Source: the human T2T-CHM13v2.0 reference genome, Homo sapiens. From it: DNA of 64,000 nucleotides. This document shows positions 1 to 13,200 of this stretch, piece by piece (within the stretch, counting starts at the first letter, position 1; each line of letters begins with the position of its first letter). A model generated the notes under the pieces. That model had not been told where the DNA came from and did not search any database. It saw nothing but the letters and a program-made list of their open reading frames with translations. The stretch is from NCBI RefSeq assembly GCF_009914755.1, contig NC_060942.1. One strand, 5' to 3'. Made by a program: the position numbers and the translations under genes.

Positions 1-10
1 GATTTGAGGA

Positions 11-27
11 TTTCGTTGGAAACGGGA
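11..27 (+). promoter_or_regulatory. CENP-B box (representative; recurs in nearly every second monomer, ~340-bp spacing, across the window)
   Basis: TTTCGTTGGAAACGGGA at 11-27 matches the 17-bp CENP-B box with core nTTCGnnnnAnnCGGGn. The variants TTCGTTGGAAGCGGG (Q), TTCGTGGGAAACGGG or TTCGGGGGAAACGGG (R) and TTCGCTGGAAGCGGG (T) keep the core. Confidence 0.95.
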
Positions 28-901
28 TTACATATAAAAAGCAGACAGCAGCATTCTCAGAAAGTTCTTTGTGATGATTGCATTCAAGTCACAGAATTGA
101 ACATTCCCTTTCACAGAGCAGGTTTGAAACACTCTTTTTGTAGTGTGTGTAAGTGGACATTTGGAGCGCTTTCCGGCCTAAGGTGAAAAAGGACATATCT
201 TCCCATAAAAACTAGACGGAAGCATCCTCAGAAACTTACTCGTGATGTGTGTCCTCAACTAAAGGAGTAGAACCTTTCTATTCATAGAGAAGTTTTGAAA
301 CGCTCTTTTTGTGGAATCTCCAAGTGGATATTTGGCTAGTTTTGAGGATTTCGTTGGAAGCGGGAATTCATACAAATTGCAGACTGCAGCGTTCTGAGAA
401 ACATCTTTGTGATGTTTGTATTCAGGACACAGAGATGAACATTCCCTATCATAGAGCAGGTTGGAATCACTCCTTTTGTAGTATCTGGAAGTGGACATTT
501 GGAGCGCTTTCAGGCCTATGTTGATAAAGGAAATATCTTCCCATAACAACTAGACACAAGCATTCTCAGAAACTTGTTTGTGATGTGTGCCCTCTACTGA
601 CAGAGTTGAACCTTTCTTTTCATAGAGCAGTTTTGAAACACTCTTTTGTAGAATCCGCAAGAGGATATTTGCATAGCTTTGAGGATTTCGTGGAAAACGG
701 GATTGTCTTCAGGTAAAATCTAGACAGAAGCATTCTCAGAAACTTCTTTGGGATGTTTGCATTCAAGTCACAGAGTAGAACATTCCCTTTGGTAGAGCAG
801 GTTTGAAACACTCTTTTTGTAGTATCTGGAAGTGGACATTTGGAGCGCTTTCAGGCCCATGTTGGAAAGGGAAATATCTTCCCGTAACAGCTAGGCAGAA
901 G

Positions 902-1243
902 CATTCTCAGAAACTTATTTGAGATGTGTGGACTCAACTAAGAGAATTGAACCACCGTTTTGAAGGAGCAGTTTTGAAACACTCTTTTTCTGGAATCTGC
1001 AAGAGTATATTTGCCTAGCCTTGAGGACTTCGTTGGAAACGGGATTGTCTTCAGATAAAATCTAGACAGAAGCATTCTCAGAAACTTATTTGGGATGTTT
1101 GCATTCAAGTCACAGAGTAGAACATTCCCTTTGGTAGAGCAGGTTTGAAACACTCTTTTTGTAGTATCTGGAAGTGGACATTTGGAGCGCTTTCAGGCCC
1201 ATGTTGGAAAGGGAAATATCTTCCCGTAACAACTAGGCAGAAG
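902..1243 (+). repeat. Extra dimer (S-type B monomer + R-type A monomer) making a 10-mer HOR variant
   Basis: Q-to-Q spacing is 259->1960 = 1701 bp instead of ~1359. The S B-monomer occurs at both 902 and 1244, and the first is followed by an A monomer ending in the R-type ggcccatgttggaaaggg...cccgtaacaactaggcag. Confidence 0.9.
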
Positions 1244-4200
1244 CATTCTCAGAAACTTATTTGAGATGTGTGTACTCAACTAAGAGAATTGAACCACCGT
1301 TTTGAAGGAGCAGTTTTGAAACACTCTTTTTCTGGAATCTGCAAGAGTATATTTGCCTAGCCTTGAGGATTTCGTTGGAAACGGGATTGTCTTCAGATAA
1401 AATCTAGACAGAAGCATTCTCAGAAACTTCTTTGGGATGTTTGCATTCAAGTCACAGAGTAGAACATTCCCTTTGGTAGAGCAGGTTTGAAACACTCTTT
1501 TTTTAGTATATGGAAGTGGACATTTGGAGCGCTTTCAGGCCTACGTTGGAAAAGGAAATATCTTCCCATAACAACTAGACAGAAGCATTCTCAGAAACTA
1601 GTTTCTGATGTGTGTCCTCAACTAACACATTTGAACTTTTCTTTAGACAGAACAGTTTTGAAACACTCTTTTTGTGGAATCTGCAAGTGGATATTGGGCT
1701 AGATTTGAGGATTTCCTTGGAAACGGGATTACATATAAAAAGCAGACAGCAGCATTCTCAGAAAGTTCTTTGTGATGATTGCATTCAAGTCACAGAATTG
1801 AACATTCCCTTTCACAGAGCAGGTTTGAAACACTCTTTTTGTAGTGTGTGTAAGTGGACATTTGGAGCGCTTTCCGGCCTAAGGTGAAAAAGGAAATATC
1901 TTCCCGTAAAAACTAGACAGAAGCATTCTCAGAAACTTACTCGTGATGTGTGTCCTCAACTAAAGGAGTAGAACCTTTCTATTCATAGAGAAGTTTTGAA
2001 ACCCTCTTTTTGTGGAATCTCCAAGTGGATATTTGGCTAGTTTTGAGGATTTCGTTGGAAGCGGGAATTCATCCAAATTGCAGACTGCAGCGTTCTGAGG
2101 AACATCTTTGTGATGTTTGTATTCAGGACACAGAGATGAACATTCCCTATCATAGAGCAGGTTGGAATCACTCCTTTTGTAGTATCTGGAAGTGGACATT
2201 TGGAGCGCTTTCAGGCCTATGTTGAAAAAGGAAATATCTTCCCATAACAACTAGACACAAGCATTCTCAGAAACTTGTTTGTGATGTGTGCCCTCTATTG
2301 ACAGAGTTGAACCTTTCTTTTCATAGAGCAGTTTTGAAACACTCTTTTTGTAGAATCCGAAAGAGGATATTTGCATAGCTTTGAGGATTTCGTGGGAAAC
2401 GGGATTGTCTTCAGGTAAAATCTAGACAGAAGCATTCTCAGAAACTTCTTTGGGATGTTTGCATTCAAGGCACAGAGTAGAACATTCCCTTTGGTATGAA
2501 ACCAAAGAGGTTTGAAACACTCTTTTTGTAGTATCTGGAAGTGGACATTTGGAGCGCTTTCAGGACCATGTTGGAAAGGGAAATATCTTCCCGTAACAAC
2601 TAGGCAGAAGCATTCTCAGAAACTTATTTGAGATGTGTGGACTCAACTAAGAGAATTGAACCACCGTTTTGAAGGAGCAGTTTTGAAACACTCTTTTTCT
2701 GGAATCTGCAAGAGTATATTTGCCTAGCCTTGAGGATTTCGTTGGAAACGGGATTGTCTTCAGATAAAATCTAGACAGAAGCATTCTCAGAAACTTCTTT
2801 GGGATGTTTGCATTCAAGTCACAGAGTAGAACATTCCCTTTGGTACAGCAGGTTTGAAACACTCTTTTTTTTGGATATGGAAGGACATTTGGAGCGCTTT
2901 CAGGCCTACGTTGGAAAAGGAAATATCTTCCCATAACAACTAGACAGAAGCATTCTCAGAAACTAGTTTCTGATGTGTGTCCTCAACTAACACAGTTGAA
3001 CTTTTCTTTAGACAGAACAGTTTTGAAACACTCTTTTTGTGGAATCTGCAAGTGGATATTGGGATAGATTTGAGGATTTCGTTGGAAACGGGATCACATA
3101 TAAAAAGCAGTCAGCAGCATTCTCAGAAAGTTCTTTGTGATGATTGCATTCAAGTCACAGAATTGAACATTCCCTTTCACAGAGCAGGTTTGAAACACTC
3201 TTTTTGTAGTGTGTGTAAGTGGACATTTGGAGCGCTTTCCGGCCTAAGGTGAAAAAGGACATATCTTCCCATAAAAACTAGACAGAAGCATTCTCAGAAA
3301 CTTACTCGTGATGTGTGTCCTCAACTAAAGGAGTAGAACCTTTCTATTCATAGAGAAGTTTTGAAACGCTCTTTTTGTGGAATCTCCAAGTGGATATTTG
3401 GCTAGTTTTGAGGATTTCGTTGGAAGCGGGAATTCATACAAATTGCAGACTGCAGCGTTCTGAGAAACATCTTTGTGATGTTTGTATTCAAGACACAGAG
3501 ATGAACATTCCCTATCATAGAGCAGGTTGGAATCACTCCTTTTGTAGTATCTGGAAGTGGACATTTGGAGCGCTTTCAGTCCTATGTTGAAAAAGGAAAT
3601 ATCTTCCCATAACAACTAGACACAAGCATTCTCAGAAACTTGTTTGTGATGTGTGCCCTCTACTGACAGAGTTGAACCTTTCTTTTCATAGAGCAGTTTT
3701 GAAACACTCTTTTTGTAGAATCCGCAAGAGGATATTTGCATAGCTTTGAGGATTTCTTGGGAAACGGGATTGTCTTCAGGTAAAATCTAGACAGAAGCAT
3801 TCTCAGAAACTTCTTTGGGATGTTTGCATTCAAGTCACAGAGTAGAACATTCCCTTTGGTAGAGCAGGTTTGAAACACTCTTTTTGTAGTATCTGGAAGT
3901 GGACATTTGGAGTGCTTTCAGGCCCATGTTGGAAAGGGAAATATCTTCCCGTAACAACTAGGCAGAAGCATTCTCAGAAACTTATTTGAGATGTGTGTAC
4001 TCAACTAAGAGAATTGAACCACCGTTTTGAAGGAGCAGTTTTGAAACACTCTTTTTCTGGAATCTGCAAGAGTATATTTGCCTAGCCTTGAGGATTTCGT
4101 TGGAAACGGGATTGTCTTCAGATAAAATCTAGACAGAAGCATTCTCAGAAACTTCTTTGGGATGTTTGCATTCAAGTCACAGAGTAGAACATTCCCTTTG

Positions 4201-7200
4201 GTAGAGCAGGTTTGAAACACTCTTTTTTTAGTATATGGAAGTGGACATTTGGAGCGCTTTCAGGCCTACGTTGGAAAAGGAAATATCTTCCCATAACAAC
4301 TAGACAGAAGCATTCTCAGAAACTAGTTTCTGACGTGTGTCCTCAACTAACACAGTTGTACATTTCTTTAGACAGAACAGTTTTGAAACACTCTTTTTGT
4401 GGAATCTGCAAGTGGATATTGGGCTAGATTTGAGGATTTCGTTGGAAACGGGATTACATATAAAAAGCAGTCAGCAGCATTCTCAGAAAGTTCTTTGTGA
4501 TGATTGCATTCAAGTCACAGAATTGAACATTCCCTTTCACAGAGCAGGTTTGAAACACTCTTTTTGTAGTGTGTGTAAGTGGACATTTGGAGCGCTTTCC
4601 GGCCTAAGGTGAAAAAGGACATATCTTCCCATAAAAACTAGACAGAAGCATTCTCAGAAACTTACTCGTGATGTGTGTCCTCAACTAAAGGAGTAGAACC
4701 TTTCTATTCATAGAGAAGTTTTGAAACGCTCTTTTTGTGGAATCTCCAAGTGGATATTTGGCTAGTTTTGAGGATTTCGTTGGAAGCGGGAATTCATACA
4801 AATTGCAGACTGCAGCGTTCTGAGAAACATCTTTGTGATGTTTGTATTCAAGACACAGAGATGAACATTCCCTATCATAGAGCAGGTTGGAATCACTCCT
4901 TTTGTAGTATCTGGAAGTGGACATTTGGAGCGCTTTCAGGCCTATGTTGAAAAAGGAAATATCTTCCCATAACAACTAGACACAAGCATTCTCAGAAACT
5001 TGTTTGTGATGTGTGCCCTCTACTGACAGAGTTGAACCTTTCTTTTCATAGAGCAGTTTTGAAACACTCTTTTTGTAGAATCCGCAAGAGGATATTTGCA
5101 TAGCTTTGAGGATTTCGGGGGAAACGGGATTGTCTTCAGGTAAAATCTAGACAGAAGCATTCTCAGAAACTTCTTTGGGATGTTTGCATTCAAGTCACAG
5201 AGTAGAACATTCCCTTTGGTAGAGCAGGTTTGAAACACTCTTTTTGTAGTATCTGGAAATGGACATTTGGAGCGCTTTCAGGCCCATGTTGGAAAGGGAA
5301 ATATCTTCCCGTAACAACTAGGCAGAAGCATTCTCAGAAACTTATTTGAGATGTGTGTACTCAACTAAGAGAATTGAACCACCGTTTTGAAGGAGCAGTT
5401 TTGAAACACTCTTTTTCTGGAATCTGCTAGAGTATATTTGCCTAGCCTTGAGGATTTCGTTGGAAACGTGATTGTCTTCAGATCAAATCTAGACAGAAGC
5501 ATTCTCAGAAACTTCTTTGGGATGTTTGCATTCAAGTCACAGAGTAGAACATTCCCTTTGGTAGAGCAGGTTTGAAACACTCTTTTTTTAGTATATGGAA
5601 GGACATTTGGAGCGCTTTCAGGCCTACATTGGAAAAGGAAATATCTTCCCATAACAACTAGACAGAAGCATTCTCAGAAACTATTTTCTGATGTGTGTCC
5701 TCAACTAACACAGTTGAACTTTTCTTTAGACAGAACAGTTTTGAAACACTCTTTTTGTGGAATCTGCAAGTGGATATTGGGCTAGATTTGAGGATTTCGT
5801 TGGAAACGGGATTACATATAAAAAGCAGACAGCAGCATTCTCAGAAAGTTCTTTGTGATGATTGCATTCAAGTCACAGAATTGAACATTCCCTTTCACAG
5901 AGCAGGTTTGAAACACTCTTTTTGTAGTGTGTGTATTTGGACATTTGGAGCGCTTTCCGGCCTAAGGTGAAAAAGGACATATCTTCCCATAAAAACTAGA
6001 CAGAAGCATTCTCAGAAACTTACTCGTGATGTGTGTCCTCAACTAAAGGAGTAGAACCTTTCTATTCATAGAGAAGTTTTGAAACGCTCTTTTTGTGGAA
6101 TCTCCAAGTGGATATTTGGCTAGTTTTGAGGATTTCGTTGGAAGCGGGAATTCATCCAAATTGCAGACTGCAGCGTTCTGAGAAACATCTTTGTGATGTT
6201 TGTATTCAAGACACAGAGATGAACATTCCCTATCATAGAGCATGTTGGAATCACTCCTTTTGTAGTATCTGGAAGTGGACATTTGGAGCGCTTTCAGGCC
6301 TATGTTGAAAAAGGAAATATCTTCCCATAACAACTAGACACAAGCATTCTCAGAAACTTGTTTGTGATGTGTGCCCTCTACTGACAGAGTTGAACCTTTC
6401 TTTTCATAGAGCAGTTTTGAAACACTCTTTTTGTAGAATCCGCAAGAGGATATTTGCATAGCTTTGAGGATTTCGTGGGAAACGGGATTGTCTTCAGGTA
6501 AAATCTAGACAGAAGCATTCTCAGAAACTTCTTTGGGATGTTTGCATTCAAGTCACAGAGTAGAACATTCCCTTTGGTAGAGCAGGTTTGAAACACTCTT
6601 TTTGTAGTATCTGGAAGTGGACATTTGGAGCGCTTTCAGGCCCATGTTGGAAAGGGAAATATCTTCCCGTAACAACTAGGCAGAAGCATTCTCAGAAACT
6701 TATTTGAGATGTGTGTACTCAACTAAGAGAATTGAACCACCGTTTTGAAGGAGCAGTTTTGAAACACTCTTTTTCTGGAATCTGCTAGAGTATATTTGCC
6801 TAGCCTTGAGGATTTCGTTGGAAACGGGATTGTCTTCAGATCAAATCTAGACAGAAGCATTCTCAGAAACTTCTTTGGGATGTTTGCATTCAAGTCACAG
6901 AGTAGAACATTCCCTTTGGTAGAGCAGGTTTGAAACACTCTTTTTTTAGTATATGGAAGGACATTTGGAGCGCTTTCAGGCCTACGTTGGAAAAGGAAAT
7001 ATCTTCCCATAACAACTAGACAGAAGCATTCTCAGAAACTAGTTTCTGATGTGTGTCCTCAACTAACACAGTTGAACTTTTCTTTAGACAGAACAGTTTT
7101 GAAACACTCTTTTTGTGGAATCTGCAAGTGGATATTGGGCTAGATTTGAGGATTTCGTTGGAAACGGGATTACATATAAAAAGCAGACAGCAGCATTCTC

Positions 7201-10200
7201 AGAAAGTTCTTTGTGATGATTGCATTCAAGTCACAGAATTGAACATTCCCTTTCACAGAGCAGGTTTGAAACACTCTTTTTGTAGTGTGTGTAAGTGGAC
7301 ATTTGGAGCGCTTTCCGGCCTAAGGTGAAAAAGGACATATCTTCCCATAAAAACTAGACAGAAGCATTCTCAGAAACTTACTCGTGATGTGTGTCCTCAA
7401 ATAAAGGAGTAGAACATTTCTATTCATAGAGAAGTTTTGAAACGCTCTTTTTGTGGAATCTCCAAGTGGATATTTGGCTAGTTTTGAGGATTTCGTTGGA
7501 AGCGGGAATTCATCCAAATTGCAGACTGCAGCGTTCTGAGAAACATCTTTGTGATGTTTGTATTCAGGACACAGAGATGAACATTCCCTATCATAGAGCA
7601 GGTTGGAATCACTCCTTTTGTAGTATCTGGAAGTGGACATTTGGAGCGCTTTCAGGCCTATGTTGAAAAAGGAAATATCTTCCCATAACAACTAGACACA
7701 AGCATTCTCAGAAACTTGTTTGTGATGTGTGCCCTCTACTGACAGAGTTGAACCTTTCTTTTCATAGAGCAGTTTTGAAACACTCTTTTGGTAGAATCCG
7801 CAAGAGGATATTTGCATCGCTTTGAGGATTTCGTGGGAAACGGGATTGTCTTCAGGTAAAATCTAGACAGAAGCATTCTCAGAAACATCTTTGGGATGTT
7901 TGCATTCAAGTCACAGAGTAGAACATTCCCTTTGGTAGAGCAGGTTTGAAACACTCTTTTTGTAGTATCTGGAAGTGGACATTTGGAGCGCTTTCAGGCC
8001 CATGTTGGAAAGGGAAATATCTTCCCGTAACAACTAGGCAGAAGCATTCTCAGAAACTTATTTGAGATGTGTGTACTCAACTAAGAGAATTGAACCACCG
8101 TTTGGAAGGAGCAGTTTTGAAACCCTCTTTTTCTGGAATCTGCAAGAGTATATTTGCCTAGCCTTGAGGATTTCGTTGGAAACGGGATTGTCTTCAGATA
8201 AAATCTAGACAGAAGCATTCTCAGAAACTTATTTGGGATGTTTGCATTCAAGTCACAGAGTAGAACATTCCCTTTGGTAGAGCAGGTTTGAAACACTCTT
8301 TTTTTAGTATATGGAAGTGGACATTTGGAGCGCTTTCAGGCCTACGTTGGAAAAGGAAATATCTTCCCATAGCAACTAGACAGAAGCATTCTCAGAAACC
8401 AGTTTCTGATATGTGTCCTCAACTAACACAGTTGAACTTTTCTTTAGACAGAACAGTTTTGAAACACTCTTTTTGTGGAATCTGCAAGTGGATATTGGGC
8501 TAGATTTGAGGATTTCGTTGGAAACGGGATTACATATAAAAAACAGTCAGCAGCATTCTCAGAAAGTTCTTTGTGATGATTGCATTCAAGTCACAGAATT
8601 GAACATTCCCTTTCACAGAGCAGGTTTGAAACACTCTTTTTGTAGTGTGTGTAAGTGGACATTTGGAGCGCTTTCCGGCCTAAGGTGAAAAAGGAAATAT
8701 CTTCCCATAAAAACTAGACAGAAGCATCCTCAGAAACTTACTCGTGATGTGTGTCCTCAACTAAAGGAGTAGAACCTTTCTATTCATAGAGAAGTTTTGA
8801 AACGCTCTTTTTGTGGAATCTCCAAGTGGATATTTGGCTAGTTTTGAGGATTTCGTTGGAAGCGGGAATTCATCCAAATTGCAGACTGCAGCGTTCTGAG
8901 AAACATCTTTGTGATGTTTGTATTCAGGACACAGAGATGAACATTCCCTATCATAGAGCAGTTTGGAATCACTCCTTTTGTAGTATCTGGAAGTGGACAT
9001 TTGGAGCGCTTTCAGGCCTATGTTGAAAAAGGAAATATCTTCCCATAACAACTAGACACAAGCATTCTCAGAAACTTGTTTGTGATGTGTGCCCTCTACT
9101 GACAGAGTTGAACCTTTCTTTTCATAGAGCAGTTTTGAAACACTCTTTTGTAGAATCTGCAAGAGGATATTTGCATAGCTTTGAGGATTTCGTGGGAAAC
9201 GGGATTGTCTTCAGGTAAAATCTAGACAGAAGCATTCTCAGAAACTTCTTTGGGATGTTTGCATTCAAGTCACAGAGTAGAACATTCCCTTTGGTAGAGC
9301 AGGTTTGAAACACTCTTTTTGTTGTATCTGGAAGTGGACATTTGGAGCGCTTTCAGGCCCATGTTGGAAAGGGAAATATCTTCCCGTAACAACTAGGCAG
9401 AAGCATTCTCAGAAACTTATTTGAGATGTGTGTACTCAACTAAGAGAATTGAACCACCGTTTTGAAGGAGCAGTTTTGAAACACTCTTTTTCTGGAATCT
9501 GCAAGAGTATATTTGCCTAGCCTTGAGGATTTCGTGGGAAACGGGATTGTCTTCAGGTAAAATCTAGACAGAAGCATTCTCAGAAACTTCTTTGGGATGT
9601 TTGCATTCAAGTCACAGAGTAGAACATTCCCTTTGGTAGAGCAGGTTTGAAACACTCTTTTTTTAGTATATGGAAGGACATTTGGAGCGCTTTCAGGCCT
9701 ACGTTGGAAAAGGAAATATCTTCCCATAGCAACTAGACAGAAGCATTCTCAGAAACTAGTTTCTGATGTGTGTCCTCAACTAACACAGTTGAACTTTTCT
9801 TTAGACAGAACAGTTTTGAAACACTCTTTTTGTGGAATCTGCAAGTGGATATTGGGCTAGATTTGTGGATTTCGTTGGAAACGGGATTACATATAAAAAG
9901 CAGTCAGCAGCATTCTCAGAAAGTTCTTTGTGATGATTGCATTCAAGTCACAGAATTGAACATTCCCTTTCACAGAGCAGGTTTGAAACACCCTTTTTGT
10001 AGTGTGTGTAAGTGGACATTTGGAGCGCTTTCCGGCCTAAGGTGAAAAAGGACATATCTTCCCATAAAAACTAGACAGAAGCATTCTCAGAAACTTACTA
10101 GTGATGTGTGTCCTCAACTAAAGGAGTAGAACCTTTCTATTCATAGAGAAGTTTTGAAACGCTCTTTTTGTGGAATCTCCAAGTGGATATTTGGCTAGTT

Positions 10201-13200
10201 TTGAGGATTTCGTTGGAAGCGGGAATTCATACAAATTGCAGACTGCAGCGTTCTGAGAAACATCTTTGTGATGTTTGTATTCAAGACACAGAGATGAACA
10301 TTCCCTATCATAGAGCAGGTTGGAATCACTCCTTTTTTAGTATCTGGAAGTGGACATTTGGAGCGCTTTCAGGCCTATGTTGAAAAAGGAAATATCTTCC
10401 CATAACAACTAGACACAAGCATTCTCAGAAACTTGTTTGTGATGTGTGCCCTCTACTGACAGAGTTGAACCTTTCTTTTCATAGAGCAGTTTTGAAACAC
10501 TCTTTTTGTAGAATCCGCAAGAGGATATTTGCATAGCTTTGAGGATTTCGTGGGAAACGGGATTGTCTTCAGGTAAAATCTAGACAGAAGCATTCTCAGA
10601 AACTTCTTTGGGATGTTTGCATTCAAGTCACAGAGTAGAACATTCCCTTTGGTAGAGCAGGTTTGAAACACTCTTTTTGTAGTATCTGGAAGTGGACATT
10701 TGGAGCGCTTTCAGGCCCATGTTGGAAAGGGAAATATCTTCCCGTAACAACTAGGCAGAAGCATTCTCAGAAACTTATTTGAGATGTGTGTACTCAACTA
10801 AGAGAATTGAACCACCGTTTTGAAGGAGCAGTTTTGAAACACTCTTTTTCTGGAATCAGCAAGAGTATATTTGCCTAGCCTTGAGGATTTCGTTGGAAAC
10901 GGGATTGTCTTCAGATAAAATCTAGACAGAAGCATTCTCAGAAACTTCTTTGGGATGTTTGCATTCAAGTCACAGAGTAGAACATTCCCTTTGGTAGAGC
11001 AGGTTTGAAACACTCTTTTTTTAGTATATGGAAGGACATTTGGAGCGCTTTCAGGCCTACGTTGGAAAAGGAAATATCTTCCCATAACAACTAGACAGAA
11101 GCATTCTCAGAAACTATTTTCTGATGTGTGTCCTCAACTAACACAGTTGAACTTTTCTTTAGACAGAACAGTTTTGAAACACTCTTTTTGTGGAATCTGC
11201 AAGTGGATGTTGGGCTAGATTTGAGGATTTCGTTGGAAACGGGATTACATATAAAAAGCAGTCAGCAGCATTCTCAGAAAGTTCTTTGTGATGATTGCAT
11301 TCAAGTCACAGAATTGAACATTCCCTTTCACAGAGCAGGTTTGAAACACTCTTTTTGTAGTGTGTGTATTTGGACATTTGGAGCGCTTTCCGGCCTAAGG
11401 TGAAAAAGGACATATCTTCCCATAAAAACTAGACAGAAGCATTCTCAGAAACTTACTCGTGATGTGTGTCCTCAACTAAAGGAGTAGAACCTTTCTATTC
11501 ATAGAGAAGTTTTGAAACGCTCTTTTTGTGGAATCTCCAAGTGGATATTTCGCTAGTTTTGAGGATTTCGTTGGAAGTGGGAATTCATACAAATTGCAGA
11601 CTGCAGCGTTCTGAGAAACATCTTTGTGATGTTTGTATTCAAGACACAGAGATGAACATTCCCTATCATAGAGCATGTTGGAATCACTCCTTTTGTAGTA
11701 TCTGGAAGTGGACATTTGGAGCGCTTTCAGTCCTATGTTGAAAAAGGAAATATCTTCCCATAACAACTAGACACAAGCATTCTCAGAAACTTGTTTGTGA
11801 TGTGTGCCCTCTACTGACAGAGTTGAACCTTTCTTTTCATAGAGCAGTTTTGAAACACTCTTTTTGTAGAATCCGCAAGAGGATATTTGCATAGCTTTGA
11901 GGATTTCGGGGGAAACGGGATTGTCTTCAGGTAAAATCTAGACAGAAGCATTCTCAGAAACTTCTTTGGGATGTTTGCATTCAAGTCACAGAGTAGAACA
12001 TTCCCTTTGGTAGAGCAGGTTTGAAACACTCTTTTTGTAGTATCTGGAAGTGGACATTTGGAGCGCTTTCAGGCCTATGTTGGAAAGGGAAATATCTTCC
12101 CGTAACAACTAGGCAGAAGCATTCTCAGAAACTTATTTGAGATGTGTGTACTCAACTAAGAGAAATGAACCACCGTTTTGAAGGAGCAGTTTTGAAACAC
12201 TCTTTTTCTGGAATCTGCAAGAGTATATTTGCCTAGCCTTGAGGATTTCGTTGGAAACGGGATTGTCTTCAGATAAAATCTAGACAGAAGCATTCTCAGA
12301 AACTTCTTTGGGATGTTTGCATTCAAGTCACAGAGTGGAACATTCCCTTTGGTAGAGCAGGTTTGAAACACTCTTTTTTTAGTATATGGAAGGACATTTG
12401 GAGCGCTTTCAGGCCTACGTTGGAAAAGGAAATATCTTCCCATAACAACTAGACAGAAGCATTCTCAGAAACTAGTTTCTGATGTGTGTCCTCAACTAAC
12501 ACAGTTGAACTTTTCTTTAGACAGAACAGTTTTGAAACACTCTTTTTGTGGAATCTGCAAGTGGATGTTGGGCTAGATTTGAGGATTTCGTTGGAAACGG
12601 GATTACATATAAAAAGCAGACAGCAGCATTCTCAGAAAGTTCTTTGTGATGATTGCATTCAAGTCACAGAATTGAACATTCTCTTTAACAGAGCAGGTTT
12701 GAAACACTCTTTTTGTAGTGTGTGTAAGTGGACATTTGGAGCGCTTTCCGGCCTAAGGTGAAAAAGGACATATCTTCCCATAAAAACTAGACAGAAGCAT
12801 TCTCAGAAACTTACTCGTGATGTGTGTCCTCAACTAAAGGAGTAGAACCTTTCTATTCATAGAGAAGTTTTGAAACGCTCTTTTTGTGGAATCTCCAAGT
12901 GGATATTTGGCTAGTTTTGAGGATTTCGTTGGAAGCGGGAATTCATACAAATTGCAGACTGCAGCGTTTTGAGAACCATCTTTGTGATGTTTGTATTCAA
13001 GACACAGAGATGAACATTCCCTATCATAGAGCAGGTTGGAATCACTCCTTTTGTAGTATCTGGAAGTGGACATTTGGAGCGCTTTCAGGCCTATGTTGAA
13101 AAAGGAAATATCTTCCCATAACAACTAGACACAAGCATTCTCAGAAACTTGTTTGTGATGTGTGCCCTCTACTGACAGAGTTGAACCTTTCTTTTCATAG

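Noticed and set aside
378-388. Short dyad tgcag-a-ctgca after the Q-dimer CENP-B box
   Set aside because: The arms are only 5 bp, which is expected by chance and propagated by the repeat; there is no evidence of function.
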